Shown here piece after piece: positions 42,947 to 53,984 of a DNA stretch of 64,000 bases. The notes under the pieces are model-generated. The model ran no database searches and was not told the origin of the DNA. It worked only from the letters and a program-made list of their open reading frames with translations. The DNA comes from Eledone cirrhosa (taxonomy: Eukaryota), in contig OZ024760.1 in NCBI GenBank assembly GCA_964016885.1, forward strand, positions 1,984,001 through 2,048,000, written 5' to 3'. How positions within the stretch are numbered: the first letter of the stretch is position 1; each line of letters begins with the position of its first letter. The position numbers and the translations under genes were made by a program.

Positions 42947-43274
42947 TCATCATTTCCTTTTACGTCCGCTTTTTCCCTGCTTGCAAGGGTGGGGCGGGAA
43001 CTGATTCTGGCCTGGTTTCTACAGCTGGATGCCCTTCCTAACACCAACCTCATTTATAGTGAGTGTTGGGTGCTTTTTTGCCATGGCACCTCCACGTCCA
43101 CTTTGCAGTGGAATGATATGGACCCCAGTCCCTATCATCTCATTTCTACAGCCTTGTAAACTGGAGCAATGTGAAATAAAGTGTCTTGCTCAAGGAAACA
43201 ACACATCACCCAGTCTGAGAATTGAACTCACAACCTTTCGATTGCAAGGCCAATGCTCTAACCACAAAGCCATG
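42947..43274 (-). mobile_element. SINE family C (tRNA head + CORE-like ccttgagcaagacactt, ~325 bp)
   Basis: Consensus head catggcttagtggttagagcattggccttgcaatcgaaaggttgtgagttcaattctc (A/B boxes). Five copies in the window. Confidence 0.85.
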
Positions 43275-43376
43275 TATATATATATATATATAATAGGTAA
43301 ACAGAAATAACAACACAATCGGTTCAGTATATGGAAGGAATATATTAGTTTAATAATTGAAATAGCAAGAAGACGA

Positions 43377-43412
43377 TTTTAACGTTTCGGACGCTAGTCC
43401 TTCATCAGAAAA
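43377..43412 (-). ncRNA. Minimal type I hammerhead ribozyme motif (family H1)
   Basis: Minus strand reads tttt-CTGATGA-a-ggac-tagc-gtcc-GAAA-CGTT-aaaa: intact core, 4-bp stem II, palindromic ACGT stem III, GUU triplet, short stem I. Confidence 0.72.
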
Positions 43413-43639
43413 AAGAATGAGAAATAAGATAGATTGAGGGGACAGGCAGAGCGGAATAGGAAAATATGTTTTCAGAGAAAAATAACACGTTCATTCGTGT
43501 TGCCATGAGGTTGTGCAGCTTCCATCTACCAAATTACACTCACAAAATATTTGATCAATCCAAGACTAAAGTAGAAATGCCATCCAGCAGGATTGAAACT
43601 AGAAGTACGCAGTTCAAAGTGGACTCTTAAATCACTGCT

Positions 43640-44090
43640 GATGGTGGTGGTAATGATGATGGTGGTGGTGATGGTGGTGGTGTTGGTGGTGGTGTTGGTG
43701 GTGATGATGATTTCAGTGGTAGTGATGATGATGATGGTGATGATGATGGTGATGATGGTGGTGGTGGTGATGATGATGGTGATGATGGTGGTGGTGTTGG
43801 TGATGATGGTGGTGGTGTTGGTGGTGATGATGATGATGGCGATGATGATGTCAGTGGTAGTGATGATGATGATGGTGATGATGATGGTGATGATGGTGGT
43901 GGTGGTGATGATGATGTCAGTGGTGGTGATGATGATGGTGGTGATGTTGCTGATGGTGATGATGGTGGTGGTGGTGATGATGATGATGTCAGTGGTGGTG
44001 ATGATGATGATGATGATGGTGATGATGGTGATGATGGTGATGATGTTAGTGGTGGTGATGATGTTAGTGGTGGTGATGATGGCGATGATG
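43640..44090. repeat. (ATG)n/(GTG)n compound microsatellite
   Basis: Direct inspection. Comparable simple-repeat blocks at 1-280, 1230-1520, 10455-11030, 38415-38990 and 63045-63520. Confidence 0.9.
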
Positions 44091-44768
44091 ACAAGAAGCG
44101 CGACAACAACAACTGCAGCAACAATAATAAAAAGAATACTGAATAAATAAACAATGACAACAATAACACTAAGGTCAACATGGTTCTTTTTTTGTTTGTT
44201 TTTTTTTTGTTTTTCTTCTGCCCCTTACATAAATGAAGAAAAAAAAGAAAAACATTAAAATATATAAAAATAAAAAAAATATAAGAATAAAACACAAAAA
44301 ATATATAAATAAAAAATAATATATATAAAAATAAACAATATATATAAAAATAAAAATATATATAAAATAAAATATATATATATAAAATAAAAAAATACAC
44401 AAAATGAATATATATATATGAAATAAAAATATATAAAATAAAAGTATATATATAAAAATAAGAAAATATAAAAACTCCCCCAAATAACTGATGTATAAAA
44501 AGATTATTCATAAATGCCAAACTTAAAAACCAAACCAGATTGTACCAGCTTTACTCACATGAGTAAAATAGGAAGCTGGAGAGAAAATGTTTATTTATGT
44601 AGTATATACACCTATATATATATGTATATATATATAGTGTGTATATATAGTATATACACCTACCTCTCTCTCTTTTTCTCTCTCTCTCTGTCTATATATA
44701 TATATATATATATAGTGTGTATATATAGTATATACACCTACCACTCTCTCTTTTTCTCTCTCTCTCTC

Positions 44769-44805
<37 letters not shown>

Positions 44806-44887
44806 GCATATATATATATATATACATACATATGTATTTACACATACATATATATATATATATATACATATACACATACATATGTAT

Positions 44888-44941
<54 letters not shown>

Positions 44942-45428
44942 TAATACACACACATACATACATATATATATAAATACACCCACTGCTATCTGTGTGTGTG
45001 TGTGTATGTATCTAGGTCTACAGTATTCAAACCTAAACATCTAACACCCCCCCCCCACCACCACCACCACCAACACTCGCCACCATCACTACCCACCGCC
45101 ACCTCCACCTCATATTACCCTATTCAACCTTTCACAACATTTTCCTCTCTTGCATATTTGGCTCCAAACACAGACTAACTAAATCAACCCTCAAAACCAC
45201 AGCCTTATCCACTACCACCACTTACTCCCTCCATTTACATACTTAGATCTCCCTGGAAATTGATATTTCTAAAGGAATCTTGCTCTCTTTAACATTTCCT
45301 CTTCATTAAAAAAAAAACTCCTTGAACCCTTTCCTTACGATATTTCAAACAAAAGATACTGCCTGTGGATTTCAATTAATTTTGAAAATAATGAAGAATT
45401 TGACTGATATATCTAACTTTATCTCATT

Positions 45429-45605
45429 GGATTGGCAGTATCGGTCGAGGGTTGGACACCATGCTTTGACGCATAGAGTTATGGCCCTGAGTTCAAATCC
45501 TGCCATGGTTAACTTTGCCTTTCATCCTAATGGGGTCGATAAAATAAAGTACCAGTAATACACTGGGTAATTGCTGGCCTTGTGTCAAAAGTAGAAACAA
45601 TTATT
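45429..45605 (+). mobile_element. SINE family A
   Basis: Full head-core-tail match. Confidence 0.85.
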
Positions 45606-46034
45606 AAACTGGTATTTGGAACACTACTTAACAAAGGTTCTTACATAAACTATAATGGAAGGTTTTCTAAATGAATATGAACATTTTAACCCTTTTATTA
45701 CCATATTTCTGATGAAATACACAACCAGTGGATCTCAATTAACCCTTTAACATTTAAACCGGCCGTATCCAGCCAGAATTCCATCACCTTTTTCTGTTAA
45801 AACTGGCCATAACCGGCTGCTTATTGTTCTTGAAATAAATAATATCAAAATCTCATAGCTTCAATAATATGTGAGATAAAACTACGATGGAAGGTGTTCT
45901 AGATAAATATGAACATTTTAACACTTTCGTTACCATATTTCTGATGAAAGACACTGCCAGTGTTTTCAATTAATTTAAAAAATAATCAAGAATTTAGACT
46001 AATACATCTACTTTTCTCATTAATAAGCTGGTGT

Positions 46035-46483
46035 TTAACTCTTTAGCATTTATATTACTCTATATATACTATTGTATTTTCGTGGTAAAGGCATTATCTT
46101 ATAATATTGAACCCATGCGATTTTGATGTTATCTATTTTGAGAACAATACCTTAACATCAATATGAGTGCCCAGTTATGGCTGGTTTGAACAGAAAAAGG
46201 TGAGAATTCTGGCCGGATTTGACTGGTTTAAATGCTAAAGTGTTAAAACATTACTTAACCCTTCAGCATTTAAACCAGCTGTATCTGGCCAGGATTCTCT
46301 CACCTCTTTCCGTTCAAACCAGCTGTAACTGGCTGCTTATACTTATATTAAGGTATTGTTCTCAAAATAAATAATATCAACATCTTGTAGATTCTATATT
46401 ATGTGAGATATTTATGTAAGATAAAGCCTTTATCATGAAAATACAATAGTATATATAGAGTAATATAAATGCTAAAGGGTTAA
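46035..46483. mobile_element. Two adjacent family D MITEs in opposite orientation
   Basis: 46035-46246 and 46255-46483, each with ttaac..tttagcattt-type termini. Confidence 0.75.
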
Positions 46484-46864
46484 AAAAAGGTTCTTACATA
46501 AAATGATGATGGAAGGGTTTTTAAGATAAATATAAACATTTCAAAATGCAGACCCATTTATCATGTAAGGAAGGGCAGTTTCAAATACATTTGTATCAGA
46601 ATGAGTTATGATGGGGGGGGGGGGGGGGATATATAACTTAGAGACCTTTCTTGTGGGCCTCCTATCATCCAATTAGCTCCTTTCTTCCTGAATGTTTGTT
46701 GTATACTGAAGTTTGTCACCCAACACCTACCTGTCTCATGCTGCTGCTATCTCTCATCCAACACCCCACCTACATGACTCCAATCTCATTAAACCCCACC
46801 TCTCAAATGACACCCCATCTCTCATTCAACACCACCTCTAACAAGCCCCCACACCATCTCTCAT

Positions 46865-47020
46865 TCAGCCCCACCTCCCACACGAATCCCCTCCCATCTC
46901 TCATCTAGCCCCACCTCCCACACAAATCCCCTCCCATCTCTCATCTAGCCCCACCTCCCACACGAATCCCCTCCCATCTCTCATCTCGCCCCACCTCCCA
47001 CACGAATCCCCTCCCATCCA
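46865..47020. repeat. 40-bp tandem repeat, ~4 copies
   Basis: ccccacctcccacacgaatcccctcccatctctcatctag. Confidence 0.85.
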
Positions 47021-48161
47021 ATCCACCCACCCCATATCTCATTCTATTCCACTTTCCACATGGAAGCCAAATCTTCCAACAAACGCCACCTCCCACATGA
47101 GAGGGGAGGGGCGAAGGTCATCCCCCCATGCAACGCCCCACTCCAACCTAGGGTGGGAGGAAAGACCTCTCCCTCCGTCACCCACCCATCCCCATCCTCC
47201 ACACGACAGTTGGAGGCTGGTGGATTTTGGTTAAGGAGTGGCATCTTCCATCCAACCCCCACCTCACACACGGCTCCCCCCATCCCATCTCCTACTTAAC
47301 CCCACATTCAAGATGGCGAAGGAACGGGGCGGTCCCCCATTTCTCATACAACAACCCCACCTACCAAATTGAGAGGAAGAAGGAGGGGGACACCTCAAAT
47401 TCTGCATCCCCCTCTGATTGCCCTCATTCCCATCTATCCTACATCCCCCTCTAGCCCACATCCCCATCCCCGTGCCACCCTTCTCTACACCTTCACCCAC
47501 CTTCGCCTCCCCCACCCCACAACTAAACTACCATTTTGTTGGTTTGTTTGTTTGGTTGGTTTTTTTTAAAAATTATTTTCCTTTAAATTCCCTCCACCCT
47601 CCACACACTCTCACTCTCACCACAACAAAACGAAAACATTCCTCTAACCCTATAATACAATGAACTGAACTAAAACAATGGTGAGGGATGGGTTACCGCC
47701 ATCACAAGGTCAGGAGGTCTAAGGTTTTAGGGCTATTAACCCTGCCATAGCGAGGGGGTGGCAGTGGTAGTGGCCCAGCCAAAGCAACAGTGTGCTAAAA
47801 TATATGCTGGTGGCATTTCAGATGGCATCTTTCATAATAACAGCTGAAGCTAAGTGAAATATCAGCTGTCAACAGGGATTGAACTCAGTTCGCCCTGCTT
47901 GAAGGTCCTAACATTTAATCAATTCGATAACTCTTTTGACACTTTGCCAATGTGGCTGGCATTCAGCTTTCATCTTCATCCTACAGAATTATTCAGATGG
48001 GCTAAGTAAGTGTGTGGTTTGAGAGAGAGGTTGTGTATGTGTGTTTGTGTGTGTCAATGTGTTTGTGTGTGTGTGTATCGATGTATGTATATGTATGAGT
48101 ATATGTGTGTGTGTATGTGCCAATAGAGAAATGAGCATATGTCTGCTAGAATATGTGTATT

Positions 48162-48217
<56 letters not shown>

Positions 48218-48220
<3 letters not shown>

Positions 48221-48544
48221 TCATTTCATTTTACGTCCACTTTTTCCCTGCTTGCAAGGGTGGGACGGGAACTGATTCTGGCTTGATTTCTACAGCTGGA
48301 TGCCCTTCCTAACACCAACCTCATTTACAGTGAGTGATGGGTGCTTTTTTGCCGTGGCACCTCCACGACCACTTTGCAGTGGAATGATAGGGACCCCAGT
48401 CCCTATCATCTCATTTCTACAGCTGAGTAAACTGGAGCAATGTGAAATAAAGTGTCTTGCTCAAGGACACAACACATCGCCTGGTCTGAGAATTGAACTC
48501 ACAACCTTTCGATTGCAAGGCCAATGCTCTAACTACTAAGCCAT
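48218..48544 (-). mobile_element. SINE family C
   Basis: Near-identical to 42947-43274; flanked by (TA)n. Confidence 0.85.
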
Positions 48545-48982
48545 ATATATATATATATATATATATATCATCATCATCATCATCATCAACGGTATATATG
48601 TATGTATGTATGTGTATATGTATATATGTATATGTATATATGATATAATAATAATAATAATAAGGAAAATATTGTGTACAGTGCTCAGGTGCACTACAAC
48701 TCATCAAAAAGTGTATGTATAGTATATAGGGTAATGTACAAACGTCAGGAAAATGAACAGTGCATGAGTCATGATATATATATATACATATATATATCTA
48801 CATATGTATATGTATGTATATATAACAATTGTTCTCAGTATGGTGAACTAACTGTTATGGAACTACTTCTACCAAACTCATTCCATAGACTGAGTGCTCT
48901 ACTGCTACAGATATAACCTCCAGTGTTCTACTGTTTTATATACTATATATATCTATATATATATCTATATATATATAGGAAC

Positions 48983-49090
48983 GAGTAGGACCCCGACGGC
49001 TGAGCTCAAGCCGTTTCGACAGCTAATTCTGGACTAAATGAAAATTTTTATCCTGGTATTTGAATAGCCGAGCTTCTCAAGGGGTAATTC
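48983..49090 (-). ncRNA. Type I hammerhead ribozyme, U3-A8 variant (inverted copy of 49201-49308)
   Basis: Minus strand reads cccc-TTGAGAA...gaattagctgtc-GAAA-cggc-ttgagctca-gccg-TC-gggg, with a fully paired stem III. Confidence 0.72.
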
Positions 49091-49200
49091 CATATATGGT
49101 AAAAGTGATTGTCACATGGATTGGTCAAAAGTTTGTTGTTGAGACATCTCAACAATAAACTTTTGACCAATCCATGTGACAATCACTTTTACCATATATG

Positions 49201-49308
49201 GAATTACCCCTTGAGAAGCTCGGCTATTCAAATACCAGGATAAAAATTTTCATTTAGTCCAGAATTAGCCATCGAAACAGCTTGAGCTCAGCCGTCGGGG
49301 TCCTATTC
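49201..49308 (+). ncRNA. Type I hammerhead ribozyme, U3-A8 core variant, GUC site (family H3)
   Basis: gaattacccc-TTGAGAA-gctcggcta...tagccatc-GAAA-cagc-ttgagctca-gccg-TC-ggggtcctattc. Stem I acccc/ggggt; predicted cut after 49296. Confidence 0.7.
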
Positions 49309-49662
49309 GTTCCTATTACCCACTCTACTACCCTAAGTATTGAGTACTTTGGTGCGTTATGGTCCACCTGGTTCCTTACAACATTTCCTCCGTTATATAT
49401 ATATATATATATATTAAAGTGTTAAACGATATTCAATGATTATGTCAAAGAATGAGTTTTACAGTAGACTGGAAGCACTCTACGAAAAAATAATTTTCCG
49501 GAGTTATTAATATTAAAATATAAATATTAATATCCCGCCGAGGTTAACTTTGCCTTTCATCCTTACGGGGTCGATAAAATAAAGTACCAGTAATGCACTG
49601 GGTAATTGCTGGCCTTGTGCCTAAAGTAGAAACAATGAATAAAATAGATGTTCTTTTGATCA

Positions 49663-49725
49663 ATTACATTTTATTATACATATTTCGGATGTACAACAGT
49701 ATGTCCTCATCAGACAAAATATAAT
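49663..49725 (-). ncRNA. Minimal type I hammerhead ribozyme (family H2-like)
   Basis: Minus strand reads attatattttgt-CTGATGA-ggacatac-tgtt-gtacatcc-GAAA-TATGTAT-A-ataaaatgtaat. ~12-bp stem I, AUA triplet. Confidence 0.72.
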
Positions 49726-49817
49726 GATACATGACATACCCTGACATGTTAAATGGTTAAGATTTAATCAAGGTAGTCTAATTGATCAAAAGAACATCTA
49801 TTTTATTAATATTTATA

Positions 49818-49871
<54 letters not shown>

Positions 49872-50020
49872 AAAGTTCTATTTAAATTGTTGGGATACAA
49901 CAAGCAAATATTTTTATAACTGATATAAAGCACTCAACAAATATATGGAGTAAAAATACAATATTAACAAATGGAAACTATATTTCTAAAGCCATATTTA
50001 TTTCATTATACATATTTCAA

Positions 50021-50204
50021 GGTGGATTGGCAGTATCGGTAGAGAGTCGGACACCATGCTTTGAAGCATAGAGTTACGTCCCTTTATGATCTGAGTTCAA
50101 ATCCCGCCGAGGTTAACTTTGCCTTTCATCCTTACGGGGTCGATAAAATAAAGCACCAGTATTACACTGGGATAATTGCTGGCCTTGTGCCAAAAGTAGA
50201 AACA
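50021..50204 (+). mobile_element. SINE family A with 16-bp TSD, inserted into a hammerhead module
   Basis: TSD attatacatatttcaa at 50005-50020 and 50205-50220. A 5'-truncated copy also lies at 49533-49636. Confidence 0.9.
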
Positions 50205-50206
50205 AT

Positions 50207-50263
50207 TATACATATTTCAAGGACACCAAGTTAAATTATGTTGTGCTTTCATCAGATAAAATA
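50207..50263 (-). ncRNA. Inverted copy of the 50373 hammerhead, split from its stem I 3' strand by a SINE insertion
   Basis: Reverse complement of 50373-50429. The continuation lies at 49961-50004, beyond the SINE at 50021-50204. Confidence 0.65.
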
Positions 50264-50372
50264 TAATATAGAATGCAACCATTACTGTTGGAAGCTCCCG
50301 GGAGCTTCCAACAGTAATGGTTGCATTCTTTAAGGGTATGTCAATATTTATTTATAAAACTGATCTATATTA

Positions 50373-50437
50373 TATTTTATCTGATGAAAGCACACCATAA
50401 TTTAACTTGGTGTCCTTGAAATATGTATAATGAAATA
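50373..50437 (+). ncRNA. Minimal type I hammerhead ribozyme (family H2)
   Basis: tattttat-CTGATGA-aagcacacca...tggtgtcctt-GAAA-TATGTAT-A-atgaaata; predicted cut after 50429. Confidence 0.75.
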
Positions 50438-50502
50438 AATATGGCTTTATAAATATAGTTTCCATTTGTTAATATCGTATATATATATATATATATATGT
50501 CC

Positions 50503-50557
50503 CGAATTAGCCGTCGAAACGGCTTGAGCTCAGCCGTCGGGGTCCTACTCGTTCCTA
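50503..50557 (+). ncRNA. 3' half of the H3 hammerhead (GAAA, stem III, GUC, stem I 3' strand) between (TA)n tracts
   Basis: gaattagccgtcGAAAcggcttgagctcagccgTCggggtcctactcgttccta, near-identical to 49262-49315. Confidence 0.6.
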
Positions 50558-50614
50558 TATATATATATATATATATTATCATGATATTTTAACACCCAAT
50601 TCTCCATTCTCACA

Positions 50615-50757
50615 TTAGTTAAGTGGTCTTCCATATATTTGGTTCTTTGTCACTTCCTCTGCAAGGTTCACCATTTTGAGATCTGCTCTCACTGCATCTG
50701 GCCATATTTTCCCCACGTTTTCCTCTACTGCAACCTCCCTCCACTATGAGCTTCTGA
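50615..50757 (-). mobile_element. Decayed RTE-type LINE 3' fragment
   Basis: QKLIVEGGCSRGK / KIWPDAVRADLKMVNLAEEVTKNQ across a frameshift. Confidence 0.55.
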
Positions 50758-50770
50758 TATATAAATTATA

Positions 50771-51130
50771 CATGGCTTAGTGGTTAGAGAATTGGGCTTG
50801 CAATCGAAAGGTTGTGAGTTCAATTCTCAGACCAGGTGATGTGTTGTTTCCTTGAGCAAGACACTTTATTTCACATTGCTCCAGTTTACTCAGCTGTAGA
50901 AATGAGATGATAGGGACTGGGGTCCATATCATTCCACTGTAAAGTGGTCGTGGAGGTGCCACGGCAAAAAAAGCACCCAGCACTCACTGTAAATGAGGTT
51001 GGTGTTAGGAAGGGCATCCAGCTGTAGAAATCAAGCCAGAATCAGTTCCCGTATGAACAGGACAAGCCATCTAACCCATGCTAGCATGGAAGAATGGACG
51101 TACAACGGTGATGATGATGATGATGATGAT
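50771..51130 (+). mobile_element. SINE family C with a family-B-type 3' tail
   Basis: Head at 50771; ends ccatgctagcatggaagaatggacgt...(ATG)n. Confidence 0.8.
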
Positions 51131-51997
51131 ATATGTATGTGTATATATATATATGTGTGTGTGTGTGTGGTACGTTCATACCACAACAAATCCAGCCAAC
51201 TCTGTAAAGTGGTTGTGTAGGTGTCACGACAAAAAGAACCCAGCACACACTGTAAATGTGATTGGCATTAGGAAGGGCATCACCCAGCCGTAGAAAATCA
51301 GCCATATGAGTGAGTCCTATATGAGTGAGACATGGTCACCTGATCCAACTTGCCCCTAAATAGGACAAACCCATCTAACCCATGCTAGCGTGGAAGATGG
51401 TCGTTAAATGATGCTGATGATATATATATATATATGATGGCTGCCAACTCGTTTTCGAGTACGGCCACTACTTTATATCCATGTAGGAGAACCCCTACCG
51501 ATGCGTTGAACGAGTGTGACTTTTTAGTCCAGCCAGCGACTTGAAAACACTACACTTGTGACAATTACTGACACATAGTGCTGGGCCCATGGTACCATGT
51601 GACGACAAGTGTAGAGAGATCTCCATATATAAAGCAATGCTTGTGCCGTGAAGCTTTTATAGTGAGCAAAGGCACTGCACAAAGCCAGTCCCACTCTCTT
51701 AACCAAGATGATATTTACCAAAAAGAAGAACAAGTCAACAACATTGGATACCATCAGGGTTGCAGGTGTTATATCAGAGTTTTCCTTCTCCTAGAATTCT
51801 ACCTTGACAAAGGCTAAGGGGTCATCTCTCCCGGATATATATACATATATACACACAAACATGCAATTTGGCTATAGCTCTGCTGAGACACCAGAGTATT
51901 TCAAATGTACAGCACACACAATAAATCTTACAATTTTAATTAATTAATTCAATCTACCCTATAGCCAAATTTCAGGTTTGTGTGTATATATATATAT

Positions 51998-52605
51998 GTC
52001 AGGTCACCAGATGGTGCTACTGGTAACATGTATCCCAATACAACCTGTCTCATGATCGGGTCGTTGGCGACTAAACTGGCAACCCCACCAAGGTTTCTTG
52101 GTGAGGAGGGTGACTTTGGACATCCTGCACGACTAAAAACAAAACCTGTCAAAGGGCAAAGGAGCTCTTAAGAGTCAATGGCCATCCAAAATCACCGGGA
52201 GAGATGACCCCTTAGCCTTTGTCAAGGCAGAATTCTAGGAGAAGGAAAACTCTGATATAACACCTGCAACCCTGATGGTATCCAATGATGTTGACTTGTT
52301 CTTCTTTTTGGTAAATATCATCTTGGTTAAGAGAGTGGGACTGGCTTTGTGCAGTGCCTTTGCTCACTATAAAAGCTTCACGGCACAGGCATTGCTTTAT
52401 ATCTGGAGATCTCTCTGCACTTGTCGTCACATGGTACCATGGGCCCAGCACTATGTGTCAATAATTGTCACAAGTGTAGTGTTTGTACCAGAGTTTTCAA
52501 GTCGCTGGCTGGACTAAAAAGTCACACTCGTTCAACGCATCGGTAGGGGTTCTCCTACATGGATATAAAGTAGTGGCTGTACTCGAAAACGAGTTGGCAG
52601 CCACC
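51998..52605 (+). mobile_element. ~600-bp non-coding dispersed element between (TA)n tracts
   Basis: Its 3' 410 bp are duplicated in inverted orientation at 51435-51834. A 5' piece recurs at 42228-42280. Confidence 0.55.
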
Positions 52606-52994
52606 ATATATATATATCATCAGCATCATTTAACGTCCATCTTCCACGCTAGCATGGGTTAGACGGGTTTGTCCCATTTAGGGGCAAGTTGGATCAGGTG
52701 ACCGTGTCTCACTCATATAGGACTCACTCATATGGCTGATTTTCTACGGCTGGGTGATGCCCTTCCTAATGCCAATCACATTTACAGTGCTCTTAACATA
52801 TTTCTGGGGTTATATCTCTCTTCCAGAGATCATGTCACTGTTGGAATGGTTACAATTTCAGCTTGATTGAGTCTTGTTGAACAAAAGAATCAGACAACCT
52901 TGCATGTGCTTACTATTCTCTTTGACATGGTATGTTAAGAAGCTCACATGCACATACAGTATTTACATACGTACATGTAATGTTCTCTCTCTAA

Positions 52995-53037
<43 letters not shown>

Positions 53038-53295
53038 CAAATATATATATTTATATATATATATATATATATTTGTATATATATATATATATTTGTATAT
53101 ATATATATATATATATATATAGTATATATAGTATATATATATATGCACAAATATATATATTTATATATAATATATAAGAACAAAAGATGGTTAAAAGAGT
53201 TCCATGTATTTTATATTTATATATATATATATTTGTATATATATATAAATATATATAGTGTATATAGTATATATAGTATATATATATATATACAA

Positions 53296-53328
<33 letters not shown>

Positions 53329-53369
53329 GATATATATATATTTGTATAAATATATATATAGTATATATA

Positions 53370-53437
<68 letters not shown>

Positions 53438-53984
53438 ATATATATATATATATATATATTGATAGATAGAGAGAAAGAGGGGGGAGAGGGAGAGAGAGAG
53501 GGGAGAGGGAGGGAGAGAGAGAGGGGGGAGAGGTGTATGTTTAGACTAGGTGTAGTTCCTCTTTGAGGAGTATTTTATTCGAAATATAATTCCATTCTAT
53601 TTTTACATATATTCTATTACATACATACACATACTCATATTTACACACACACACACACTCAGACATATATACACACACAGATATATATATATACATACAC
53701 ACACACACACATACTTAGACATATACATACATATATATATATATATACACACACACCTTATTTTTGAATGTCTCATATTTTTTCAGATGACTTTCCTAGC
53801 TGTTAGTGAAAGTTTATATATGCACTTCCTGTATTAGTGATGTTTTATGGTCATGTGACCTCATCATGTGACCTTGTCATTAAGCTGTCTTGTCTTAAAA
53901 ACCTCCCTCCCTCCCCACCCCCTCCCTCTCTTATTTCTTTCTCTTTGTTTCTGTCTCTGTCTGTCTGACTCTCTTTCTCTTTGT

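Noticed and set aside
43029-43310. Recurrent MPFLTPTSF... ORF (also at 48300, 50777, 59451)
   Set aside because: It is the antisense reading of SINE family C.
45700-45960. CTGATGA at ~45709 and ~45941 as hammerhead cores
   Set aside because: No stem II-GAAA-NUH arrangement follows; they are part of another dispersed repeat (ttaccatatttctgatgaaa).
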